Shown: in pieces, positions 37,759 to 52,164 of the stretch
Layout of the letters: every line of letters begins with the position of its first letter
Position numbering within the stretch: the first letter of the stretch is position 1
From: Carcharhinus amblyrhynchos
Lineage: Eukaryota
NCBI GenBank assembly: GCA_965287045.1
Contig: OZ336885.1
Coordinates: 22,444,001 to 22,508,000, forward strand
DNA: 64,000 nucleotides
Direction of reading: 5' to 3'
Notes under the pieces: generated by a model
Told to the model about the DNA's origin: nothing
The model's input: only the letters and a program-made list of their open reading frames with translations
The model's database searches: none
Translations under genes and position numbers: made by a program

Positions 37759-40700
37759 TCTGCATGAAACAGAAGTTGCACAGTGAAACTTAAGTTATGC
37801 TCATCAATGTGAGATGTGCCCAGTCAATCGTCCTTTCGCAAAAAAGTATTGACTTGCTTAATTGTTAAACCACCCTTAGTTAGAATCATAGAAACCCTAC
37901 AGTGCAGAAAGAGGCCATCTGGCCCATCATTCCCTACAAATTCAGACATTTTGTATGTGCCAAGAAGCCCTGGCCCTGTGTAATTGTTCAAAGAGCAGCA
38001 CCCAGAAATTACTGTTGGTAATATCGGTAGGCAAATACTTGGCAGATCCATATGACGTTCTCACTTTGTTATTTTAATGGTGGCATTAATGCATTTTAAG
38101 TAAATGGTCATGACAGGTTAAAATAGCAGGCAAAAAAAATTTCAGTCGACACTTTAAGTTGCTAATGTTGGCAGCAGTAATTTCGAACCTTGCAATTCTT
38201 TCTGTTATAGCTGCGTTTGTCATACTGGGGCGTACGAAAGTTTTCATCTTATCAGGAGCAATCCCTATTTATTTCCTTAATTGCTTCATTTTTCTCATGA
38301 GGATGGATATCACTTATTTATGATCAAATACTTTAATCCATGGTTCATACGTTAAGTTATTTTACTGCGCGTGATGAGAAGTTTTTGAACATTAGCAGTA
38401 GCTCATTTAAAGCAAAGCTTAAATGTTGCAACATGTTGTTAAAATCAGCGGTTTGAATTTCACTGCTGACTTGTCTAGGGTACAGAATAAGCACCTCAGT
38501 GACCTTGTTCAGTCCTACCTTCAGGAGCACCCATGTTTGTGTTCCCTGTAAGTAACAGTAAATGCATTTCTTGCTCTCTTAGCAAACAGTATTGAAAGAG
38601 GAATGAACTAAAGCAAGGTAGACTTGAACATTAGTTTCTAACAAAGGTACATAATTGCACAAAAATAATCACAGCCAATTGATCAAAGTTAGCTTGATGC
38701 ACATTTATTTTTACAGAGGTCTGGCTCTATTTTCCTAAACTATTGCAGAATTATTCTTTGCTTCCAGATTTGTGGCACACCCTAAAACTCAGCAATAAAA
38801 CGAAATGACACAGTAGCCAGTATGTAAATGTGTAATGCCGTTTTCCTTCCAACACTAATTTTGCTTTTTTTTTTAAAAAAAAGTCATCTTTAGAAACCAA
38901 CAATGGTCATCCTCAATTCTCAGCTTAATGGGGAGATATTGCGGCTTAATTATAACGCAAATGCTTCTGATATTTTAATCATCCTGCCTTTTACATCTGA
39001 GTAATAATCCTAAATTTTGTTTTGTGTATTCATTTAAACCCCAGACGTAAGTTCAAGAAAAGGAAAGACATTATGATATACATCTGTGTATAATACTATA
39101 ATGCATATTTTAGAAGATTTAGCTCCAAATTAAGTAGTTAAAACACATCAAACTAATTAAAATTCTTAACCATCGTCTGCAAGAAGTGCATTCTTGGCTT
39201 GTAGGCGTAGTATCCTTTAAAGTCCATTGAGTATCACCTAGACTTTTATTGTAGTGAATATTTACTTTGAAAATATTGTTCCTTTCCTTGTATTTAGGAG
39301 TTATGAGATCTAGAAAGGATACAGAACAGGGTGTTTGTTTTAAGAATGCCCTGATTATATTAAGTCAGGGTCTTGTCAAGAAAGATTTTTATGTTATGCT
39401 TGTATTTTTAATGTAAAGATTTTAGTTCTGTTACCGTTTTGCCTCTTCTGTCAGTGCCTTATTTTGGCCATCAGAGGCTTTGAGCTATTTGAATCCTTAT
39501 TTCACAGTTCTCTGAGCAGGAACTCACAAAGACACAACACATCACCTCATTGCATGCTTCTTGCTCTAAGCCTAGGAGAAAACCAAACTCGCCTTACAGT
39601 GAATGTGGACACAACTTCACCCCGGTACAGAGACAACATCAGGAAGAAAACTGCCGAAGTTGATTCACAAATAAGCTAGTTCTGGATGACAATGTTCAAT
39701 AAAGAAAACTCTTGCAAATCAACCATATCTATATTTTAATATATAAAATCTTATTTTTTATGAAATTAGGAAACGATTAAAATCACTGCCAAAATGCTCT
39801 ATTGCAGAATTTTAATGATATCCCTCTCCTGGCTAAGAGGGATTTTAAAAAAAGATAAATCGTGACAGCCATATTTGTAGTGTGGCATTACTAAATATTC
39901 TATTCTAAATATTTTAGTGGATTTCCTCAGTTCATTATTTTGGGAGGAAAAAGTTAAAATGTAGACTATTGTGGTACCAATTGGAAAATTGTGAATTACT
40001 TCCATGTTCTGCTCTGCAACAAAAGGAGATAGTTTATATCATGGCTATCTTGGAAGCAAACGAGTGAGGGCAACTTTACTACCTGTGGACAGACATTTTC
40101 CCAGTTAACCTTAAAAGTCTTTGGTTCAAGTCCAAAGTGACCGTATCAATTTATTCACAGGTGAGCAACTGCACAATGATCAAGTACGCATTTTTCAATG
40201 AATTTTAATTGCTGTATTCATTGTAAGGCTAATAGTTCCCCTTATGGCTGGCCAATTCACTATGTTCTAGCACTTTCAGAAACCTTTATAGGAGAGTTAT
40301 CTCTTCAGCACCGTAAACTGGTAATGAGTCTTTTATAAAATTAAGTGCCATTAGATTTTTGTTAGATGTATTAGTATTATGATAAAAGAGCATTACAGTG
40401 TTTTGTATTACTATCATTCAGCTGCTCTGTGTTGTACTTTAATATGTAGGATGTCTGATGTATAAACCAATTTAATGTAAAAACCACAATTACTCTCAAA
40501 TCTTTTTCTTTCACAATTAATTCTGAGTGCTGGATTGTTGTTCCAATTCATGCTGAAATTCTACATCAGCGTTCAAAGATTTACAAATTGTATTTGTGAG
40601 TTGTACACGCTACATCTCTCTTCACTGTGTTAACCAATGTTTACCGATGGTTTATACATCAGATGGCCAATAGTCAGTGTGCTTCCATAGTTGCACAATT

Positions 40701-43700
40701 TCTCTGTATTTTGTAAAGTTCTTTACAATTAAAAGTGTCATGTTCTATATTTGTACTGATATTTTGGGACTGAATGAAAGCAGATCAACGTAATTTGCCC
40801 ACTTTATATATTTTTTTTTCAAAAATAAATGTGCCTACCCCCTAAAGAAAGTTCACAGACTTGGGGAATGGAGGTACAATCAACATGATGGTGTTTGCTG
40901 GATTGTTCCGCAGTGGATGACTGAAGACTGAAAACAGTTCTTTGCTCCTTCACAAATCACTAAATACTGCTCAGATGGTTTTTTTCCCCCCTCAAACTTC
41001 CATGTGCCAATCTTCATCCAGGACTAAAGTGAATGTGTAAAACACTTAATGCATGAAGTCCACGTAAAGTGTCAATAGATTATTAGTAATAGATAGTAAA
41101 ACATTATTGCAGTTGGAAAAACTGCAGGCAATTTCTGTCCTTTATACATTGTGTAGTAAATAGTACTTTTTTTCCTGCATTTTGTGTTTGAATGCTGCAT
41201 TCTGTTACAACAGGATGTTTGTTGCATATGGTAATCATTATTTTTATATAGCATTTTATTTACATACTACTGGTATTTGTACAAAATGTATTTCAGGTAA
41301 AGAGCAACATAATCACATATTTTTACATGAGTGTTTTTATCAGGTTTCATTTGCAATCTGTTGCTGCAGTTGAATTTTGTTGGACATTTGTATTGGTAGA
41401 TCCAAAGAAATATTTCGGCAAACATATTTTACTTTATTGTACATTATACTTTGACTGCTACCATGTTACTTTTGAGCAATTAAAATATGGAGCTTGAATT
41501 GCTAAGTGTTCATTATCTTCATTCTGATTCCAATCACTTTTTATGAGAACACGAAACCTAATCTCAGGTGGAAAGTGCTCCGTGACATATTGGCATGCAA
41601 ACACTTTTTTTGCAATTTTGATGTAAAGGAAGGAGAACATCCAATGAGTTTTAATAGATTAAAGTGACTCTGTTTTGATTGCTGATGGAAGGTTTTCTTT
41701 GTATAAGAGCCCTAGCTTCTCTGCTGAACCTGTCACATTTTGCCTGTTTGTCATTCAGCCCTTGACTGTAAAATCCCTTTAACTAACTGCATCCAGAAAG
41801 ACCCATCCTGCCCATTCACGGAACCGAAGCAAACATCTGTTTTTGATCAGCTTTCCACACAATCCATTAATTTAATCTGTCTTGATTTATTTACTGGCAC
41901 TTTTTATTTTTGTGTAAAAAGGGTCTAATTGCTCTATTTGGAATGATCTGAGATGATTTGTTTGCAGCATTGATCTATATTTACCTGGAATGCCAATACA
42001 GATCATTGGATAAATCCAAGCTATTCAAATCCTCTGGCATCATTCCAGTATTATCAGCAACTACATGTGAACCAACAAGAGCATTTCCCCAATTTCAGTT
42101 GTTAGAAAAATTCTTGAATATTAATTTAATATTACAATGCATAAACATTCCATTGATAATCCAGAAAGCATATTCTTTCGTAACCTGTCTTGTCTTCCCT
42201 TGCTTGACACAGAAATGCTGTACTCGCCAATTTGGAGCATGAGCCCAACACCATAAAGTAGCTTGACAGGCTTAATGGGTTTCTTTTTTGTCCATTTCCT
42301 AAGTTCTTAAGTCTAGTTGCTGTTTGGTGGTTTTCATTCACATTTTGCACGGACAATCACTTGTTTGCAAGGAGTCAGCAAGCCTGCTATTTCTCAGCCC
42401 TTGGATATATTCTGCATCTTCAGTTTTCGCAGGAATTGCAACAGGATATGCACCTCATACTCTATCCTTGGGTATTGCCGAGAATTGCTGTTATTGGGAA
42501 GCTGCCATCCCACAATGTTCTTTGACTGGGAGGTAATTTTACTTTGCTGACTTGAGGAATAATCATGCGAACCTCTTGGTTTTGTCAGGTTTGATATTTG
42601 CATTTTTTTCACATTGCAAGTTTTCTGTACATTTCAAAGAATTATAGAATTCAATTAGTGTAATGTTTTGATAATGTCATTGAGAAAGCTTCCTAATGGG
42701 AAATAATAATCTCAATCGGAATGTTGAAACTTCGAGTCATTGGAAATCCAAATCTTTGGAGTTCTCTACCATACAGGATGCAGACGTTCTGTCATTGGAG
42801 TGAGTGGGACAGTGAAGTCGACATGAGCCATGATGAAATTTAGTGTGCGGAGCAGGCTGAAGGAGCCAAATCGTCTACTCCTGTTCCTCTTTCTGTTGTC
42901 AATGCAGTTCATTCATATCATAACATGTCCTTTTTGACAGCTTTCAGTTTTGTAACTTTCATTTGATGTAAAAGAGAATAGTAGAGCTCAAGGGTTAATT
43001 AGCTATGTGTATGTTATGTTTATTAGATGCAATAGTACATTTGCACACATGGTTTTATTTAAATAATGTTGAATGATATTATACATGTCAGTGATTCACC
43101 ATCTACATATGGCTAGCTTGGATTTCCTGTCGGTACCGGTAATGTATATTTGCCTATTTTTAAATGGCTGGGGAAGGGGCTAAACTCCTCCATGTGTAAT
43201 CATAACTGAAGGTGTAGGCAATTATACTAAGGAAACAAAGCTTGAAATTGTAGAAACTGTGCTGCAAAAAAAAGAGTAGCAGCCTTATTTCCATCTTATT
43301 TATTACTTGATTCAAACTTCAGTTAAATTTCAAATTAACTGAATGGTTAAATAGTTCATTTGATGGTATTTCTTCCTGCACACTTTATTTGCTGTGTTCA
43401 TTTGATTTCACACAGTCTGTGTGAATTCTGTTCGGTTTTCTAATTTTGCAAGTTCAATCTCCAAAGACATTGCTCACAGTTCAAAGGAACACAATCGTAT
43501 AAGTCCTGTACATACAAAGTGTTAACTTGCATGATTAGATTGAATTTCAACATGCCAATATAATCTAAAATTGAAAAAGGAAAGACTATAATAACGATGG
43601 AAGGTCAAAAGAATCAGAGAACATGTTCATGTTGGAAAATATACTAAAACGTCATCAAAAAATCAACGTATCTTGAGTACGCCCTCCCAATGACTATAAA
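37192..43700 (+). other. PLAGL2: Probable long PLAGL2 3' UTR (end uncertain)
   Basis: AT-rich and almost transposon-free for about 6.5 kb after the stop. AATAAA at 37214, 38794, 39698 and 40824. Confidence 0.55.
37711..37755. repeat. (CA)22 microsatellite in the PLAGL2 3' UTR
   Basis: Perfect CA run. Confidence 0.97.
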
Positions 43701-43769
43701 ATACATTTTGCATAACAAAAGCTATTTTTTGATCTTCAGAAATTCCTAAATCCACCATGGAAGGAAGGT

Positions 43770-44425
43770 AGGAATAGCGAGGACCTAAGGGACCTTGAGG
43801 TGCATGGCCAAATATCTCTGAAGGCAGCAGGACAAGTAGATAAGTTGGTTACAGTGGCAAATGAGATGTTTGCCTTTATTAGCTGAGGCTTAGAATATAG
43901 GAGCAGGGAGGTTATGATAGAACTGGATATAACGCTAGGCCACAGTGAGAGTACTGTGTGCCACACTGTAGGAATGATGTAATTGCACTAGAAAGGGTGC
44001 AAAGGAGAATCTCCAGGATGTTGCCTGGGCTGGTTAGGCTGGGGTCGTTTTCCTTGGAGCAGAGAGGGGGTATCTGATTGAGGTATGAGTAATTGAGGAG
44101 GGAAGAAACGTCCTTAGTAGAGGGATCAATAACTGGAAGGCTTAGGCTTGGACAGGAGATTTAAGGGGGATTTAAGGAAAAGCATTTTCACTAAGACGAT
44201 GGTGTAATTCTGGAACTCACCGCCTGAAAGGGTGGTAGAGGCGACTGCCCTCAGAACATTTAAGAAGCATTTAGATGACTGCTTGAAACATTGTAGCGTA
44301 CAAGGCCATGGGCCAAGTGCTGACAGGTGGGATTAGAGCAGATAACTGCTTGATAGCCGATACTGACACGATGGGCTAAAGGGCCTCTTTCTGTGCTGTA
44401 AAGCTCCATGACTCTTATGATTCTT
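43770..44425 (+). mobile_element. Decayed CR1 3' fragment
   Basis: AGGGACCTTGAGGTGC, GAGTACTGTGTGC and a CR1-type 3' UTR. Confidence 0.7.
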
Positions 44426-45049
44426 ACTTCAAAAGTTATACTTGCATACCTTCCACCACCCCATCCCACCCCCATCGTACAACTGATTGGACATTGGGCA
44501 TGGACAAGTTGCAGTGTAAGTCATGACAATTTCTTGTCTGTTTCTTGCACTCATTACAATGATTTTGTTGTTGTCTCTGATATCTAGGTGTTTTAGCAGG
44601 AAAACAAACTGATTTGCAGAATGTAATTTTGTAATGAAGATTGTAAAATCCAAAGCATTAAAAGAGGTTTAGATTTGGCAGGCACCTCCGGAGCAGTGAC
44701 CTGGGGAAAGTAATTAATTGAGGCTGATCTCTCAGTTCTACGTTTTTTTTTGATTGTCATTGAGATGTATTGTAGGTCACCATGTTTGCATTTTAGAAAG
44801 TTGATTGTACGTTTTTCTGGAGATTTAAATGTGGGTGGGTAGAGATATTTTAAGGCTGTGTAAACCATCCCAAATCACTAGAACTCAGATTGCATTTATT
44901 TTGAAACAAAAAATCATTCCCCCATGCCTCATTTATTAGCAGAACTGTGCAGCTTAATAAAACAGCCCCCAGAAGTCCAAATTTTATCTGTGCTCTGAGC
45001 TGAATTAGCTGCTGTTAGCTAGGTTTGCAATAGGTAGAATTTAAAAACT

Positions 45050-47470
45050 AGGGCAGCACAGAGGAGGGTTGCTATTTCACAGAGCTGTCCAATTAGTCCT
45101 ACTCCCAACCTTTTCCCCTATCTCTACACATTTTTCTTCGAGTATTTATCTAGTTCCTTTTCGGAATGTAATTGAATTTGCATCCACCACCCTTTCAAAT
45201 ATTGCATTTAAAATCATCTCGCTGTATGAAAATACATTTCCTCATATAAACTCTCTTTGCCAATGACCTTAACTCCTTTCTTGGGTTATTGATACTTCTG
45301 CCACTAGAAAGATTCTTAAGGGTTATGGGGAGAGGGCGGGAATGTGGAACTGAGCCACGACAGATCAGCCATGATCTTATTGAATGGCGGGGCAGGCTTG
45401 GAGGGCCAGATGGCCTACTCCTGCTCCTATTTCTTATGTTCTTATGTTCTTATCAAACCCTTCATGATTCTAAACACCACTATTAAATCTCATTGTCTGC
45501 TCTTAAGGATATTAACTCCAGTTTCCCTGATCTTTCATCTCTTGTTCTAATCTAATAAAACTTCTCACCTCCCCATCTAAGGCCTTAGTATCCCTTCGAG
45601 TATGTGGTGGCAGGGGTTGGTCTGAATACTCCAGCTGGGGCGTAGGTACTATTTTAATATCTTCCTTGCTTTGTGCTGTATGCCTCTATTTGTGAAGACA
45701 TGAATGCCTTTTCAACAGCCTTCGCAAGCTGTCCTTCCACCTTCAGACTGTGTACATACTACCCCAGGTCTGTTTATTCATGCACCCTTTTTTAAAAATG
45801 GTATCATTTAGTTTATATTGCCTCCCTTTGTTCACCCTCAGATTGAATCAGTTCACACTTCTCTGCATTGAAATACAGCTGTCTGCCCATTTCACCTTAG
45901 ATTTGTTACTTATTCCCCTCACTTTTTCCCCTCACTTTTTGCTACACTTCTGATTTTCATGTCGTCTGCAAAATTTGAAATTATATTCTGTGTACCCAAA
46001 CTCAAATGCTTTCTGTCCCTTAGCTAACCCAACACAGCTACCATTTCTTTAATCCCATGGGCATCAATTCTGTTAACAAGTCTATCATCTGGCACTTTAT
46101 CAAATGCTTTTTGAAGACCCTATACAGAAGATCAATCTCTGCATTCATGAAAGAATTTCATCATAGTAGTCAAACACCCTTAGCCTTTCAATGTTAACTT
46201 TCTTTTATTAATTACAGTTCTCGTTGCCAGTAAGTTTTGCCTTGATTATTATCTGTGTTTGGCTGACTGATGAGTACTACCTGGGCTTACTCTTTACTCT
46301 TGTTTTGAACAGGGGTAATACATTTACAATCTTGCAATCCTCTGGTACTATTCCACAACCTGAGGATTGGAAGATTCTGGCTAGAGCTTCCACAATCATC
46401 ATCCTTACTTCCCTGCAACCTATGATGTGTCTGGACGGTATGAACTTTCTATTTTGAGCACTGCCAGCCTTTTACTTAGCTCCTCTTTATTGTATCCTAT
46501 TCAGTTTTGCCCCCATTCCCTCCTTTACTGTGACGTTGACAACTTCCTCTTCTTTAGTAAAGATGGTGCATTTAGTATCTCAACTTTGACCCCCTATTCT
46601 CTTAAAATCTACTTTGGTCCCTAACTAGCCCCATTCTTCCTTTGGCTGTATATATTTATTAAAAGCTTTTCCTGTTTCAGTTTAATCCCTGTCACCGAGG
46701 GATCTGTGGTTTTGGATGCCTTTTCCCTTTCCCTTCAAGATGCCTACTCTGGATCTGAACTATCTCCTTTTTAAAGTCATTATCTGCCAGTCTTGATTCA
46801 AACCTGAAGGTCAGGTCCTTCACATCTCCCTGAAATTACCTCTGCACCATTTGAGTGTTTTCACATTTGGCTTTTCCTTGTCCGTTCCCATCATTTTGCC
46901 ATCAGTGTTTCCAAAATACTCCCCCACTGAAACATACACCGCTTGACCAACCAGAAATAGTTGGAGCAATGCATCCTCCTTCGGGTTGGAGATCTACTTA
47001 TTAAGGAAGCTCTCATACACCCTTCAGAAATTCCACCATGTTATCTTCTAAGCCATTGTTATGCTAGTTGAAATCACCCATTATTATGACTGTTGTACTT
47101 GTATCTTTCTGTAATCCTGTCTCCTTCTGTTTGGTCCCCTATTGCATATGCCCAGCAATGCAATAGCTACTTCATCCTTCCTTAATTCGAACCAAATAGA
47201 ATCTGTTCTTGAATCCTCATCACTACTTTCTACGCTGCAATTGTAGCTTTGACCAGCAGTGTCATCTCCCCGTTTTCCCTTTCCTATCTTTCCTGAATAC
47301 ATTGTAACCAATAAAATTAAGGTCCCATTCCTCCTCCTGTTTGAGTCAGGTCTTCATTATTGTCTCTATTTCATCATGTCACATGGCTTTTTGTGCCATC
47401 AGCTCACCAGCCCTTTTCACCATTCTGTGTGTATTTACACATATTCATTCCAAACCCATCTTATTCGGCC
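45050..47470 (-). mobile_element. Long, heavily decayed CR1, with a young CR1 3' end (45315-45452, +) inserted
   Basis: DSIWFELRKDEVAIALLGICNRGPN (endonuclease region) and RT remnants; the insert carries the TTCTTATG tail. Confidence 0.7.
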
Positions 47471-48029
47471 TTCAATTCCTCCTGCCTGATCTCAGAACTG
47501 CACCTTTTATTTAAATGTTGATTGTCTCTTCAAGTTCTCCATGTACCTTTATCTCTTCCCTAATGGTTTGTTGTGGTCTCGGCTGTTCAATTTCAATGAA
47601 ATGTCTAATTTATAGATGTATACATTATTCCCTTGCATTATAGGAGTTTTGTATACTTTATACTCATAGTTAATGAAATTAAGATCCTTTAATGATGATA
47701 TCTTCTACTTTTAACTTCATTCCTTCAGATCAAATAATCATGGGTTATTTATAAATGTACTTACTGTTGCCCAGCTTTAAATTGTGCCTTTTTTTTCTAA
47801 TTCAGTTCAGTTTTGCAGATTCCCCAAGCTCTCGAGTGATGTTGTTTATAATTGACTCAAAACATCAGATTGAAGGGAAAAACACCAGTGATCATAAATG
47901 ATCAACCAACTTGTGATCTGCTGTAAAATATGAATCTGATTAAAGGGACCAGGATCAACTCGTGTCCAACCAAAATAACCTGCAAGTGCTCTAGCTGCAC
48001 TTGCATGAACAATGGCAACTTGGGTAAGT

Positions 48030-49100
48030 TCCTGGAGGGTACTGAACACCTGATGGAAGTACTGATTTATTCAGTGGCATTATTTGCAGAAGGTAAAAGC
48101 TCATGGTATAGGAGGTAACCTATTAGCATGGATAGAAGATTGGCTGGCAGAAAGCAAAGTAGACACACATGGCAAAATGTAGTGAGTGATTTGTCACAGA
48201 GACCAGTGCTAGGAGCTCAACTGTTTTCAATTTATATAAGTAACTTGGATGAAGGTGTGGATGGGAAGGTTGCCACATTTGCTGATGACACAAAGATAGG
48301 CGGGGCAAATAAGTTGTGAAGACAACAAAAAGAGGTTACAAAATGTTATAGGTAGCATAAGTGAGTGAACAAAGATCTGGCAAATGGAGTATAATGTTGG
48401 AAAATATGAAATTGTCCATTTTGGCATGATGAGAAAAAGAGAAGCATATTTAAACACTGAGAGATTGTAGAGGGATCTGGGTGTCTTTGTGCATGAATTG
48501 CATAAAGGCTAGCATACAGATATAGGAAGGGAATTGAATAAAGTAGGGAGATAATGCTTCAGTTACGCAGGGCACTGATGAGACCACATCTGGAGTTGTG
48601 TATGCAGTATTGATCACTTTATTTAAGAAAGGATGTAAATGCATTGAAACAGTTTAGAGAATATCTAGCAGACTAATAACTAAAATGAATGTGTTGTGTT
48701 ATGAGGAAAAGCTAGGTTTGTATCTGCCAGAGTTCAGAAGAGCAAGAGGAGCCTTGATGGAAACATACAAGATCCTGAGAGGATCTTGACAGGGTGGATA
48801 TGGAAAGGATATTTACTCTTGTGGGAGAATCTAATATGAGGGTCACTGTTTAACAATCAGGAGTCATCTGGGAGGTGTGGCATAAAGTTTTCTGAGGGCT
48901 GTGAGTCTTTGGAATTCTTCCTGCAAAGTCAGTGGAAGCAGAGTCTTTGAATACTTTTAAGATAGAGTTGGATAGATTCTTGATAAGCAAAGAGGTGACC
49001 AGCAGGATTCAAATTTAAGGTTACTATCAGATCAGTCATGACCTTTTAAATGGTGGAAAAGGTTTAAGGGCTGAATGGTCGACTTCTGCCCCTTTTACGT
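48030..49100 (+). mobile_element. Decayed CR1 RT and 3' fragment
   Basis: PVLGAQLFSIYISNLDEG..ATFADDTKIGG. Confidence 0.8.
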
Positions 49101-49342
49101 ATCGGTGATATTTAGTTGGCACTTCTAAGTATCATGCCTAACTATTCATGATATGCAGTAAGTCCGTTATGTCTCTAAAGAAATAATAGTGCATAAGGAA
49201 ACTAATTGGGTGGGTCTTGTGTAGATAACCTTCAGCAATAGCTGCTTACCTCCGTGCAACTAATCAGAGAGTCAATGAATTTAACATGCAGGTGTATATT
49301 TTGAGTTACATGTCATCGTCAGAATTTTCTCACTTGTGTTAC

Positions 49343-49920
49343 TTGATTTGATTTATTATTGTCACATGTATTAACATAACAGTGAATTGTTTCTTGTGCA
49401 CTATACAGACAAAACATACTGTTCATAGAGTACATTGGGGAGAAGGAAAGGAGAGCATGTAGAATGTAGTGTGCAGTTATAGATCAGGTGGAGAGGAAGA
49501 TCAGCTTAATATATGGTGGGACCATTCAAAACTCAGATAGCAACAGGGAAGAAGCTGTTCTTGAATCGATTTGTACGTATTTTCAGGTGTTTGTGTCTTT
49601 TTCCTGTTGGAAGAAGTATGTCCGGGGCATAGGGCCCTTGATTATGCTGGCTGCTTTTCTGAGGCAGCAGGAAGTGTGGACAGAGTCAGTGGATGGGAGG
49701 CTGGCTTGTGTGTTGGATTGGGCTACTTTCATAACCTTTAAAAGTTTCTTGCAGTCTTCATCAGAGCAGAAGCCATACCAAGCTGTGATATAACTAGAAA
49801 GGATGTTTTCTATGGTGGATCTGTAAAAATTGGTGAGAGTTGTAGTGGACATGCTAAATTTCCTTCATCTTTTGAGAAGGTAGAGGCATCGACCTGGCGG
49901 GACCTGGAGAGATTGTTGGT
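49343..49920 (-). mobile_element. Rex1/Babar-like LINE 3' fragment
   Basis: TLTNFYRSTIENILSSYITAWYG...LPSTDSVHTSCCLRKAASIIK; AATAAATCAAATCAA tail. Confidence 0.75.
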
Positions 49921-50744
49921 AATTTGAAATCTGAAACAGTTAGCTGGATGTCCTCAGTGTGAAGTAGGAAATGATGGCTTGCAGTGTGTTGATCATTATA
50001 ACATTCTACAGATGTAACCCCAATTGGGCTTTTTGCCCAAGTCTTAAGTGAGCTTGTTATGAGTAGCCTTTTGTATGAATGCTTTTGCGGTCAAATTGAT
50101 TCTTCTAATGTGGTTGTGTTACAGGTTAGTGCAAGTCACAATTCCCCACCTCCAAACTTAGTCCTAGTTCTTGCACATTGTCCGCTTGAAACACACTTTT
50201 CCTCACTTGCCATTTATCAGAATCAGTACGAAACAACACAGAGCGTGATGCTTGTATGTTCTGATCAATAAACAATGATTGATCATCTCCTTTTGCTGTG
50301 GAAAGCCATAATACTGCATTAATACAACCACTATAGCCCACTGCATCCTCCTCATTTATTGGAGGGAAGAAACCCCAGCTAAGGTAACGACTGACAAATG
50401 TGAAACGCAAAATGCTGTTGAGATACTTAATTCTGAAGTTAATACACTTAATCTAGTTGAATCTCATTCAACAAAACGCATACTTTCCAACTGTTTCCAG
50501 AATGGGGTTAACAAGTTCTTGTCAATTCAATTGATTTCCCATCGATTGAGTCTTGAGTGCCTTAAGCATTCCTTTGAGAGATGGAATCATTGACTGTAAT
50601 TTCTGGATTTGCCACATTCTTCTGTACGTGTGTGAATTTCTCGAGTTGCTGTCAATTTCAGTGAAGTGATAATGGTGAATGCTGATTCCCACTACAAAGT
50701 TTCGGCCCATCTTGATACAGAGAAAATTACAGCTGTACATTTTA

Positions 50745-52160
50745 GAGAAGAAAGCATTTGATAAGGTAGCAAGCAGAAGGCTACTTAATCCAAGAGTCCA
50801 TGCTGTTGTGGAGTAGTATCTTAACAAGGGTAAAGAAATGCCTAACTAATAGAAGACGGAGAGTTGAGATAAGAAGGACATTTTCAGGATGGCAGTGTTA
50901 GTAGTGGAGTGCACTGGGGATTGGTGCTGGGGCCATAATTACTTACAATATATATTAATGACTTGGATGAGGGAAGTGATTGTACTATTGCCAAGCTTGT
51001 GGATGACACAAAAGTAGGTGGGAAGGCTAGTGATAAGGATGATGCAAAGAGTCTAAAGAGGAACATAGGTTAAGTGAGTGGACAAAAGCGTCACAGAGGG
51101 AATATAATGTAGGAAAATGTGATGTTATGCACTTTGGTAGGAAAAATAAAGGGATTAAATATGATTTAAATGGAGAAAGACTGCAGAAAGCTAAAGCAGA
51201 GAAGGAATTGGGGGTCCTCATGCATAAATTACAAAAAGCTAGCACGCAAGTTCAGCACGTAATAAGTTTTTATTAGTATCACAAGTAGGCTTACATTAAC
51301 ATTGTAATGAAGTTAGTGAACATCTCCGAGTCGCCACTCTGGCGCTTGTTTGGGTACACTGAGGGGGAATTTAGCATGGCCAATGCACCTGTCCAGCACG
51401 GCTTTCAAACTGTGGGAGGAAACAGAAGCACCCCGAGGAAACCCGCCCAGACATTGGGAGAATGTGCAGATTCTGCAGAGTGACCCGAACCAGAATTCAA
51501 ACTGAGAGGCAGCAGCGCTAACCACTGTGCCACCATGCTGCCCAGGGAATAGGGAAGGCAAATTGAATATCAGCCTTTATTTAAAAAGAAATGGAATGTA
51601 ATAATGGGGAAGTCTTGTCAAAACTATACAAGGCATTAGTTAGACCATACTGGAATACTGTGAACAGTTTTTGTCACCTTTTATCTGAGGAAAGATATAC
51701 TGGTGTTGGAGGCAGTCCAGAGAAGGTTCACTAGGTTGGTCCTGGATATGGAGGGATTTTTTTATAAGGAGATTGAGTAAATTAGGGTGTACTCGGAGTT
51801 CAGAAGAATGAGAGGTGATCTTATTGACACATATAGGATTCTGAGGGGGCTTGACAGGGTAAGCTCTAAGTGGTTGGTTTCCCTTGTGGGAGAGTCTGGG
51901 ACTAAAGGGCATAATCTCAGAGTAAGGAGTCACCTTTTGAAGACGGTGATAAGGAGGAATCTCTTCTTTCAGAAGGTAGCGAATCTGTGGGATTCTTTAC
52001 CACAGAGGGCTGTAGAGACTGAATCATTTTTTTAATCAGTAAGGGAATGAAGGGCTGTAGATAAGGCAGGAAAAAGGAGTTGAGGATTATCTCGTATCAC
52101 TTATGATCTCATTGAATGGTGGAGCTGACTCAAATTGCTTACTTCTCCTATGTCTTCTGA
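50745..52160 (+). mobile_element. Decayed CR1 RT and 3' fragment interrupted by a SINE
   Basis: KAFDKV, DDTKVGG and EFRRMRGDLIDTYRILRGLDRV. Confidence 0.8.
51265..51543 (-). mobile_element. HE1-related SINE with an alternative 3' tail, inserted in a CR1
   Basis: GGGCAGCATGGTGGCACAGTGGTTAGC head; tail ...GTAAGCCTACTTGTGA. Confidence 0.8.
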
Positions 52161-52164
52161 TAGT

